From: Candidatus Barnesiella excrementipullorum
GTDB taxonomy: Bacteria; Bacteroidota; Bacteroidia; Bacteroidales; Barnesiellaceae_A
NCBI GenBank assembly: GCA_019114665.1
Contig: DXFB01000160.1
Coordinates: 1-39,122 of the forward strand
Direction of reading: 5' to 3'
DNA length: 39,122 nucleotides
Below the pieces are notes generated by a model. It had not been told where the DNA came from. It saw nothing but the letters and a program-made list of their open reading frames with translations, and did no database searches. A program made the position numbers and the translations under genes. Below are positions 9,549-17,152 of this stretch, piece by piece (the first letter of the stretch is position 1; every line of letters starts with the position of its first letter).

Positions 9549-9587
9549 CAAAGGAAAGCATTTGCAGCGGCATGGAAAATAGAAAAA
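9549..9587 (-). promoter_or_regulatory. putative activator-dependent promoter of the MFS/DUF5107/GH97/esterase operon
   Basis: Minus-strand reading gives TTTTTCTATTTT (9587-9576), then 19 nt, then TTCCTTTG (9556-9549), a one-off match to the Bacteroides -7 consensus TAnnTTTG. The box ends 29 nt before the ATG at 9519. The same architecture recurs at 33171-33209. Confidence 0.45.
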
Positions 9588-9599
9588 ATTGTTATCGGG

Positions 9600-9617
9600 A
9601 TGGACAATCTTACTTTT
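9600..9617. promoter_or_regulatory. 18-nt conserved box ATGGACAATCTTACTTTT (copy 1), candidate regulator binding site
   Basis: Identical 18/18 to 33222-33239 in the same orientation. It lies in the divergent AraC/MFS control region and keeps the same 12-nt spacing to the T-rich block as copy 2. Confidence 0.55.
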
Positions 9618-9645
9618 TTACCTTGTTTTTTGCAAAATTCGTGTT

Positions 9646-9653
9646 TACCTTTG
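9646..9653 (+). promoter_or_regulatory. -7 box (TACCTTTG) of a putative AraC-gene promoter
   Basis: Exact match to the Bacteroides TAnnTTTG consensus. It ends 26 nt upstream of the AraC ATG at 9680, and a TTTG lies upstream at 9629-9632. Confidence 0.5.
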
Positions 9654-9679
9654 TAAAAACCTCACCAACTTCTCCTGCC

Positions 9680-10567
9680 ATGCCCAAAATACGCGAAGGT
9701 TTCAAAGGTCAGCGAACGATTATAATACCCTCGTTCATAATAGAAAAAATAAAGCAAAATCCGTTGGGAAAGATGCTCTACATTACCGACATCGGGTTCT
9801 ACCCTACGGCATCGTACCACTACCGGGAACGCACCGCCGATGAAGCCACAGAAAATGTACTCATTTACTGTGTAAGGGGGAAAGGATGGTACTCTCTGGA
9901 CAAGAAGCGCTATCATGTGACCCAAAACCAGTTCTTCATTCTTCCCGAGCACGAAGCCCACGCCTACGGGAGCCTCGAAGACGACCCGTGGAGCATCTAT
10001 TGGCTGCACTTCAAAGGCGACATGGCCGCCTTCTTCCGCAAAGGATTCGACGTACCCACACACGTATCCTCCCCGAACAACCAGCCTTTGGAGACACAGC
10101 TGCATCTCTTTGAGGAGATATACAACACGCTCGACAACGGCTTTGGCAACAACAACATCATGTATGCCACTACAAGCCTGTTCCACTTCCTGGGGCTCAT
10201 GAAATATGTGGGAGAATATATCGAAAACAAAAACGAGAGAAGGCATGTAGATGCAACCGACCTTGCCATCGCTTTCATGCAAGAGAACATCAACCGCAAG
10301 CTCTCGCTCGGTGAAATAGCCGAGGAGGTAAATCTGTCTGTCTCCTACTTCTCCAACCTGTTTCTGAAAAAGACAGGCTTCTCGCCCTTACAGTACCTGA
10401 ACATGCTGCGCATCCGGAAAGCCTGCCATTATCTCGACTTCACCAATATGAAAATCAACCAGATAAGCCCGTTGGTAGGAATCGACGACACCTTCTATTT
10501 TTCCCGTCTGTTTACCAAAATCATGGGTATATCGCCCTCGGAGTACCGGGCCCACAAGAAAGGATAG
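9680..10567 (+). CDS. AraC family transcriptional regulator (N-terminal cupin-type ligand domain + C-terminal dual HTH)
   Basis: Start chosen at 'MPKIREGFKGQRTIIIP' (ATG 9680) rather than the listed 9572, because the extra 36 aa translate promoter DNA. Cupin-like segment: 'NVLIYCVRGKGWYSL...FFILPEHEAHAYG'. AraC HTH segments: 'LSLGEIAEEVNLSVSYFSNLFLKKTGFSPLQYLNMLRIRKACHYL' and 'FYFSRLFTKIMGISPSEY'. Confidence 0.85.
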   Translation: MPKIREGFKGQRTIIIPSFIIEKIKQNPLGKMLYITDIGFYPTASYHYRERTADEATENVLIYCVRGKGWYSLDKKRYHVTQNQFFILPEHEAHAYGSLEDDPWSIYWLHFKGDMAAFFRKGFDVPTHVSSPNNQPLETQLHLFEEIYNTLDNGFGNNNIMYATTSLFHFLGLMKYVGEYIENKNERRHVDATDLAIAFMQENINRKLSLGEIAEEVNLSVSYFSNLFLKKTGFSPLQYLNMLRIRKACHYLDFTNMKINQISPLVGIDDTFYFSRLFTKIMGISPSEYRAHKKG

Positions 10568-10570
10568 GAA

Positions 10571-13500
10571 TCAATACACCTCCCATTCATATATGCGGGC
10601 TATATCGCCGCCGTCACGCACCGGGCCGGTAATATGCAGCCTCACATAGCGGGCCCCGACCTGTGTAGCGAGGTTGCGGTCGGTCACATTCTTGGTATTA
10701 CCTGTTATTTTGTCTACCGTTTGCCAGGCATCCTGGGGTGTATGGCGCACTTGCAATTCATAATCTTTTGTTATGAAGGCCGGCGTCTCCTTTCCGGCGT
10801 GCATGACCCGCCACCCCTTCACCGGCAACACCTGTCCCAAATCGACCTCGATGTAATTGGGCTTCCCGGTATGAAAATCAGCCCACTTGGTGCGCTCATC
10901 GCCATCTATGGCAAAACGCGCCGCCTCATTTGGCGACGTCGCCCCCGAACATGATACAATCTCCTTACCCAACAAGAGGTTACGGGTCTCGAAGTTTTTA
11001 TACACGACATCGGCCTCTCTCATTGCCGTACGGAAAAGAGGGGTGGCCGGTTGCAGGGAAGCCGTTTCTTCGGTAAGCGTAGCTGCAAAAAGGACGATGC
11101 GCGAATTGCAGGGCAATACCAGCTCACGAGCCTTGGAGGGCAGGTCTATGACAAACCTAAATATATAGGTGTACTCGTATGCGCAATCTCTGTTCCCATT
11201 GAGGTCATGCCGATGCGTACCCACAAAAGCCGGCACCGGCTGCTTCAAATAGGCCTCTGTCTCGCCTTCGTGCCCCCACTGCCCTATAAATCCGCTATAA
11301 TAGGGGACCTCTATATTATATGGTTTTCCATCGACATAAAACGTAGCGGCATAATCGTCGAGCGTAGAAGCTGCCAGCAAATAGAGCCGGTTGTAAGCCC
11401 CGTCTTGCGGCAAGCGGATAGTGTCGCCGAGACACTTCACGCCATTGGCGGCATTCTCGTCGCCCATCACAAAGATAACACCGCCACTATAAAGCGTATC
11501 GGGGAAAAGCTCTGCCGCAAAAGAGTGCCCGGCTCCGTCGAAATCGGCCGTATTACGGAACTCGTTATACGAAACACAACGCAGGTTATAGGGGAGCTGC
11601 AACGGACGCGATGCGATGGGTTGCAACGGGTTGCGACAGGGCTGCGGAACAATCCGATAGGTTCGCACACCGTATGCCGGAAGTGCCACTGCAAATGCAT
11701 TATCCGTGAAAGGGAGCGTATCTTGCACTATCTCGGTTCCATCGCACATAAACACGGCCTGCAACGGAGCCACAAAAGAGAGCCGGGCTTGCGTTGCACG
11801 CCCCTGCTTCTCGCATAAGCGTACAATGTAACCGTTGCCGTCCTCGGCCTTTTTCAACGCCATCACTTCTACGCCGGGGTTATCTATCGAGAGCCACGAA
11901 CAGGCCCGCCCCCACTCTCCGCCGTGGCGCGAAACCGCAAACGCTTTCAGCCCGTTGTCATAAGCCTCGGCACGGCGCGGTATTCCGGCATCCGTTTCAT
12001 TGCCCTTATGGGCTATCATTGCATACCCAAACGTATGATACCCCATATCCTGCCGGCTCTGATAAAAGAAAGCACTCTCGGCAGCCGGCGTGTGCATGAG
12101 AGTAAGGCGCATGGTATGGTCATCGGGCTTGTCCCAGCCATATTTGGCATCGCTCAGTATAGAGATGCCGTAACCGTCAGACGTATCGGCCAACGATACC
12201 CAGCGATGGGCATAAGTCTCATACGCCGACGGCCGATTGGAAGGCCGCCCTACCGAACCGATTCCGATATCGTAACGTGCCGTATCGTTTGCCACGGCAA
12301 GGGGAAATGCCATCTTCAACAAGGCTCGCCCGGTATGCCAGTCCAACTCGTTACGCACCTCTACACGGTCACTGCCGGAGACCAGACTGATATACTGCAA
12401 CCAACGGGTGTCGCCATACTTGCGCTCCACACAGAGGGTGGCACGCAAAGCCCCGCACTCCACCAGCGACACACGACAAACATCGAACCGCCCGTCGGGA
12501 ACGCTCTGTATCACCTGCCACTTGATTTCCCACGCCGGCCATTGGAACGAATCGTTCCGGGTAAACAGCTGCGGGGCGATGCTCTCTCCGGGAGCTATCC
12601 ACTCCCGATTGTAACGCTTGTCGTACCACGACACCATATTGCCGTCGCTGTCGAGGAGGATTCGATAAATGCTGTTTTCGAGGGTGCTGTCGGTAGCCGC
12701 CACATCGCTCTTTTCAAGCGACCGGCCGGCCGGCCGCACATCGTAAACGGCCACTCCCATAGGAGAGACAGCGGCCTGCAAGAGAAGTTGCACACTGTCG
12801 TTTGCATACCCCAGCACCTGCGACGGCACTTTGCGACCCTTCTCGTCATATACCGCATAATACTTGCGGCCTTTCGGGGAAGGCACGCTTACCTCTACCA
12901 CATCGGTAACGGCATGCGACGACGGGTTGTATATAAGCAACGGCATACCCTTCACCCGCGTATCCAGCCTACGGCTCAGCGTGGCAAGCGAGGTTTCAAG
13001 AACGTCCCCAAACTGCCGCAGGGACAACAGCTCGTCGTTCCACGAATAGGTATAGGCGCGAGGGATAGACGTTCCTGTCAAATCATCGTGAAATTGATGC
13101 CATACAAACCTTTTCCAAGCCGCATCGAGGGTCGCAGCCGGGTAACTGCCGGGCAGCAACCAGTCGGCGACAACAGCCGCACGCTCGGCTGCCGCTGCCA
13201 AGAGCTCATTCTCGCGGTTATATAACTTCATGGCCGCCTGCGAGGTATAGCAGGCATTCCCATGCACATCCATCAACATCTCGCCTTTGTATATGGGCAA
13301 TTCGGGATGCGCCTCCAAAGGCCAGAAATCGCGATACATATCATCGCTTGCCGCCGATACGACATGCACCCTGCCCTCTTTTCCTACGGCATTCTCTACC
13401 GCCTCGACAGAACCTATGGTAGGCGAACCGCCTATATCTCCCGTTCCATAATAGTGATAGACGGCCCGTACGGGCGACGACATCGCCTTGTCATAAAGTT

Positions 13501-14182
13501 CACGACTGTCGGACAACCTCTCATCGGGTGCCCACACGCGGCTGTAATCGAAAGCATTGGCGGCTGCCGCTATACGGCTGCCGTCGACACCTTCCCATAC
13601 ACCGAAGGTAAAGGGATACTGCCCGTTTGCCGTCAACGCCGACCCTCGCCATTGCAGTTTCTGCGTAGAAAAACCTATCAGGTTACAGTGTGCGGCAATC
13701 GTAGGCAGGTTGTACGGAAACCCGAAACAGTCGGGAAGATATATATCGGACGACGAGAGACCAAACTCACGGCGATAAAACGTCTGACCCAGCAGGATGT
13801 TGCGTATCAACGACTCGGACGACGACACCACAACCTCGCAGGCTTCCCACGAAGCCCCGGCCACATGCCACCGGCCGGCAGCAATCTGTTGTTTCACGCG
13901 GCGATACAAGTCGGGATAATACTCTTTCATCCACGCATATTTCACACCGCCCTCGAAGTTGAATATATAAGAAGGGTAACGTTCCAGCAAGAAGAGGTTC
14001 TGCCGCGCCGTATTGGGCAGATACTCATTGATGGTTGCCGTGACATCCCAGTTCCACTGAGAATCGAGGTGTGCACCACCCACCAAATATGCCACGGGGG
14101 CATCGCCGGGCTCTTGGGCGAATCCCCGGCACACCCCCATGACTGAAACAAGCAATAGAGATATGATATGTTGTCTTATCAT
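10571..14182 (-). CDS. glycoside hydrolase family 38 alpha-mannosidase with C-terminal F5/8 type C (discoidin/CBM32-like) module
   Basis: 1203-aa ORF with signal peptide 'LLLVSVMGVCRGFAQE'. GH38 motifs are 'GGAHLDSQWNWD', 'YLPDCFGF' and 'VWHQFHDDLTGTS'. The last ~132 aa (10571-10969) are discoidin-like: 'FAIDGDERTKWADF...YIEVDLG...ARYVRLH...IYEWEVY'. Confidence 0.9.
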   Translation of the reverse strand: MIRQHIISLLLVSVMGVCRGFAQEPGDAPVAYLVGGAHLDSQWNWDVTATINEYLPNTARQNLFLLERYPSYIFNFEGGVKYAWMKEYYPDLYRRVKQQIAAGRWHVAGASWEACEVVVSSSESLIRNILLGQTFYRREFGLSSSDIYLPDCFGFPYNLPTIAAHCNLIGFSTQKLQWRGSALTANGQYPFTFGVWEGVDGSRIAAAANAFDYSRVWAPDERLSDSRELYDKAMSSPVRAVYHYYGTGDIGGSPTIGSVEAVENAVGKEGRVHVVSAASDDMYRDFWPLEAHPELPIYKGEMLMDVHGNACYTSQAAMKLYNRENELLAAAAERAAVVADWLLPGSYPAATLDAAWKRFVWHQFHDDLTGTSIPRAYTYSWNDELLSLRQFGDVLETSLATLSRRLDTRVKGMPLLIYNPSSHAVTDVVEVSVPSPKGRKYYAVYDEKGRKVPSQVLGYANDSVQLLLQAAVSPMGVAVYDVRPAGRSLEKSDVAATDSTLENSIYRILLDSDGNMVSWYDKRYNREWIAPGESIAPQLFTRNDSFQWPAWEIKWQVIQSVPDGRFDVCRVSLVECGALRATLCVERKYGDTRWLQYISLVSGSDRVEVRNELDWHTGRALLKMAFPLAVANDTARYDIGIGSVGRPSNRPSAYETYAHRWVSLADTSDGYGISILSDAKYGWDKPDDHTMRLTLMHTPAAESAFFYQSRQDMGYHTFGYAMIAHKGNETDAGIPRRAEAYDNGLKAFAVSRHGGEWGRACSWLSIDNPGVEVMALKKAEDGNGYIVRLCEKQGRATQARLSFVAPLQAVFMCDGTEIVQDTLPFTDNAFAVALPAYGVRTYRIVPQPCRNPLQPIASRPLQLPYNLRCVSYNEFRNTADFDGAGHSFAAELFPDTLYSGGVIFVMGDENAANGVKCLGDTIRLPQDGAYNRLYLLAASTLDDYAATFYVDGKPYNIEVPYYSGFIGQWGHEGETEAYLKQPVPAFVGTHRHDLNGNRDCAYEYTYIFRFVIDLPSKARELVLPCNSRIVLFAATLTEETASLQPATPLFRTAMREADVVYKNFETRNLLLGKEIVSCSGATSPNEAARFAIDGDERTKWADFHTGKPNYIEVDLGQVLPVKGWRVMHAGKETPAFITKDYELQVRHTPQDAWQTVDKITGNTKNVTDRNLATQVGARYVRLHITGPVRDGGDIARIYEWEVY

Positions 14183-14192
14183 TACTTACATG

Positions 14193-17120
14193 CTATCTGT
14201 TATAAGGTTCTACAACCAACCGATACGAACCGCCATCGAGCAAGGCGGCATCGAACTCCATCGTCACCGTCCGCTTCTCGCCGGGCATAAGCGTAAAGTA
14301 GTTGTCATTCATGAGCACCGGCAGGATACGCTCGCCATCGGTCGTGCGCACAGGCTTTACGTGCACGGCGAAAGCTACCGGGGCGCTCTTCGGATTAGAG
14401 ACGACCGCCGTAATCGTGGCACGGCCATCCTTCTCGACAAGTTTCGACGAGACCTTCACCTGTGCCTGCGGCAGCGAGTTGAGCGCCGTAAAATCGCGGC
14501 GGTCGCTGTTGCCCCTCCAATAGAAATTCTCGGAGAGCAGATTTCCTTCGCTGTCGGTGAGCCGCAAGCGGATGAAATGCGTATCGGAGAGCTCCTCGGC
14601 GACCGGACTTCCGCCCAAGACGTCGAAGTTCCATAACGAATAGCCATACCACCATCCGCGTTCTATGCCGAACATGCGCACATAACGGGCATCTACCTCG
14701 GGGAAAAGTATCTCCTTGACCCCTTCGCGCCCCTCATAGGTCTTATAAACTTCGTTCCATGTGCGGGCATCGTCCGACACCTGTATTTTATATGCTTTAC
14801 CATACGATGCTTCCCAGTTGAGCCGCACGCCGCCCACCGGCTGCTTGCTACCCAAGTCTACATAGAGCCATTCGTTATCGGCTACACGCGACGACCAGCG
14901 CGTGTCGCTCTTCCCATCGGTGGCATCGGCCGGCGAACTGTACTCTGACGAAGAGGCATACGTGGGCTTGCCCAAAGAGATAATCTCCCGCTCACGGGCA
15001 AACGGAATGGTCATACACTCCACAGCCGTATTGGAAGGAGAGTCGAATCTGACACGCCGCGTATAGGCCGGCACCTCCTTACCATCGAGATTATATACCT
15101 TCACCTCGGCCTGCAACCCCGAGAAGTCGCGTGCCGTGGTATTGGCCACCTTAACGGCATCGGTTACAGGATTCCAAAAGATATGCAACGGCTCGCAAGC
15201 GCTCTTGGCCCCCCAATATGCCCCCGTAAGGTCATAGTAGTAATCGTAGGTTTGCCATACCATCGAGGGATATGACGACTGTCCCATCCATATCATGATA
15301 CCCGAGGCATCGTCCCACATGTGGTCGAGCCAGCCCTCATACATGGCTTTGTTGGTTTGTATGTTCAGCAGCTGCGCTTTGCGGCAATACTCCTCTATGC
15401 CATCGGGAGCGCCAAACCCCTTGGTAAGCAAAGCATCGTACTGCACATGGTCGGCATTGGCTGCCGAAGGGCCGAAGTAGTGGAAGTTCCACATCTCGTC
15501 GCGAGGCCACCAGTTTTCACGAGGCATAAACTTGATGAAGCTGTCGTAGTTGGGCATGACAGCCGTACCTATCTCCGTACGGAAACCCCACCCGCGAGCC
15601 GGGTCGCCTTCGAGCCCGTCGGGATATTCAAGGAAATAGTAGCGGGGGTCGAAAGCCTTCCACATACCGCTGCCGGTAAGGCCGTCGGCGTGCGAGTTGG
15701 CCTGAAAATAACGGTCTCCGCCGTCGAAAGTACGTATGTTTTCGGCCATCCAGCCTTCGAGAGGAGGTTGCGGGTTAGACTCGTTATCGCCGCACCACAC
15801 GGCAATACACGGGTGGTTGCGCAGACGTTTTATCTTCTCTACGACGTTGAAATTGAATACATGGATGTCATACGGCAGATTGGGATTGGAATTTATCCAG
15901 AAGTCATCCCACACCATGATACCGTGACGGTCGCAAGCCTCGTAGAACTCTTCGTCGGTCGTAACTCCCAACCAGTTGCGTATCATGTTGAAGTTCATAC
16001 GGCGGTGCAAATCGACCTTCAAATCATACTCCTCGCCCCGACAGCGCAACATATACTCGGGCATACCCCAGTTGGCACCTTTTACAAATACAGGCACGCC
16101 GTTGATATAGATGTGGAAGGTATTGTCGTTCTTGTCATAGGAGTATTGGCGTATGCCAAAGGTAACCTCCTGCGACTGCGAAACAGCATCGTCTACCTTC
16201 ACCTCAAAACGGCAGCTATACAGATTGGGCTCGCCATATCCGTTCGGCCACCACAGGCGGGGATTGTTGATGCAAAGTTGCGGGAAATAACGCTTGTCGA
16301 ACCTGAGCGTGCGCATGGCATTGCCGTCGAGCTCTACCTCCTGCGAAAAAACGACATTCCCGGGAGTGATTGTACCCGAAACAACCGCACGAACCTTCTC
16401 GGGCGAGTTGTTGCGCACATCGAGCGCAACGGAGAACTCGGCACGCGCCCGCGAAGGGAGCGAGGTGCGAATCCACGGGTCAACCAGCGTAACCCGCCCC
16501 GTATTGGAAAGATATACCTTATCGGTAATACCGCTATTGAGACCGGGCACATAGGGCATCCAGTCCCAGCCGCCGCTACACAAATAGGTAGGGCTGCCGT
16601 AGTTGGCCAGCGGCGTTTGCGGAATGTGTACCAAGACCGCCAGCACGTTCATGCCGTCGCGTTTCACCTCACGGGTAACATCGAAACGGCCACGGTGCAT
16701 AAAACCGTCGAGTGTGCCCAACAGCTTCCCGTTGAGGTAAATATCGGCCTTGCGGTTTACACCGTTGAAATTGAGCCACACATACTCCTTGTCAAAATCC
16801 TGCGGCACGGCAAACTCGGCCCGATACCAGAAACTGCGGTCGTACTTGGCACGGTCTACCCGCGCAATGTTATCGCCGAAATTGGGGTCTTCTTCCAGAC
16901 CCGCGGCTACATACGAGGCAAATACAGTGCCGGGAACTATGGCATCGACCCACGACGAAACATCGAACCCAAGCGCCATAACAGCTGCCGGCTCGGCAAC
17001 ATCGTCCTGTGGAGCCACTTTCCACAAAACATCCTCATCACTATGCAGATACACCGGAGATGCGACAGCCGAAAGGGCAAGACACATCACTACACAAACA
17101 AGCATACTTTTTCTCAACAT
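14193..17120 (-). CDS. glycoside hydrolase family 2 (beta-mannosidase / exo-beta-glycosidase type) with inserted F5/8 type C module
   Basis: 975-aa ORF with signal peptide 'MLVCVVMCLALSAVASP'. The GH2 TIM barrel shows 'NFNMIRNWLGVTTDEEFYEACDRHGIMVWDDFW', 'AVWCGDNES' and 'WGFRTEIGTAVMP'. The discoidin insert is at aa ~717-835 (14616-14972): 'ATDGKSDTRWSS...WLYVDLG...ARYVRMF'. The stop lies 10 nt upstream of the GH38 start. Confidence 0.85.
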   Translation of the reverse strand: MLRKSMLVCVVMCLALSAVASPVYLHSDEDVLWKVAPQDDVAEPAAVMALGFDVSSWVDAIVPGTVFASYVAAGLEEDPNFGDNIARVDRAKYDRSFWYRAEFAVPQDFDKEYVWLNFNGVNRKADIYLNGKLLGTLDGFMHRGRFDVTREVKRDGMNVLAVLVHIPQTPLANYGSPTYLCSGGWDWMPYVPGLNSGITDKVYLSNTGRVTLVDPWIRTSLPSRARAEFSVALDVRNNSPEKVRAVVSGTITPGNVVFSQEVELDGNAMRTLRFDKRYFPQLCINNPRLWWPNGYGEPNLYSCRFEVKVDDAVSQSQEVTFGIRQYSYDKNDNTFHIYINGVPVFVKGANWGMPEYMLRCRGEEYDLKVDLHRRMNFNMIRNWLGVTTDEEFYEACDRHGIMVWDDFWINSNPNLPYDIHVFNFNVVEKIKRLRNHPCIAVWCGDNESNPQPPLEGWMAENIRTFDGGDRYFQANSHADGLTGSGMWKAFDPRYYFLEYPDGLEGDPARGWGFRTEIGTAVMPNYDSFIKFMPRENWWPRDEMWNFHYFGPSAANADHVQYDALLTKGFGAPDGIEEYCRKAQLLNIQTNKAMYEGWLDHMWDDASGIMIWMGQSSYPSMVWQTYDYYYDLTGAYWGAKSACEPLHIFWNPVTDAVKVANTTARDFSGLQAEVKVYNLDGKEVPAYTRRVRFDSPSNTAVECMTIPFAREREIISLGKPTYASSSEYSSPADATDGKSDTRWSSRVADNEWLYVDLGSKQPVGGVRLNWEASYGKAYKIQVSDDARTWNEVYKTYEGREGVKEILFPEVDARYVRMFGIERGWWYGYSLWNFDVLGGSPVAEELSDTHFIRLRLTDSEGNLLSENFYWRGNSDRRDFTALNSLPQAQVKVSSKLVEKDGRATITAVVSNPKSAPVAFAVHVKPVRTTDGERILPVLMNDNYFTLMPGEKRTVTMEFDAALLDGGSYRLVVEPYNR

Positions 17121-17152
17121 ATCCTACAAATATTACGGTATCACAATAAAGT

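Noticed and set aside
9572-9679. N-terminal 36-aa extension of the AraC ORF ('MENRKNCYRDGQSYFFTLFFAKFVFTFVKTSPTSPA').
   Set aside because: It translates the divergent promoter region, including the 18-nt box and the TACCTTTG -7 box. The AraC-family N-terminus begins naturally at 'MPKIREG' (9680).
14193-17120. Calling the GH2 enzyme a LacZ-type beta-galactosidase, or specifically a beta-mannosidase.
   Set aside because: The acid/base and nucleophile regions ('WCGDNES', 'FRTEIG') fit the beta-mannosidase/exo-glucosaminidase-like branch better than the LacZ branch. GH2 specificity cannot be fixed from these motifs, so I left the call at family level.
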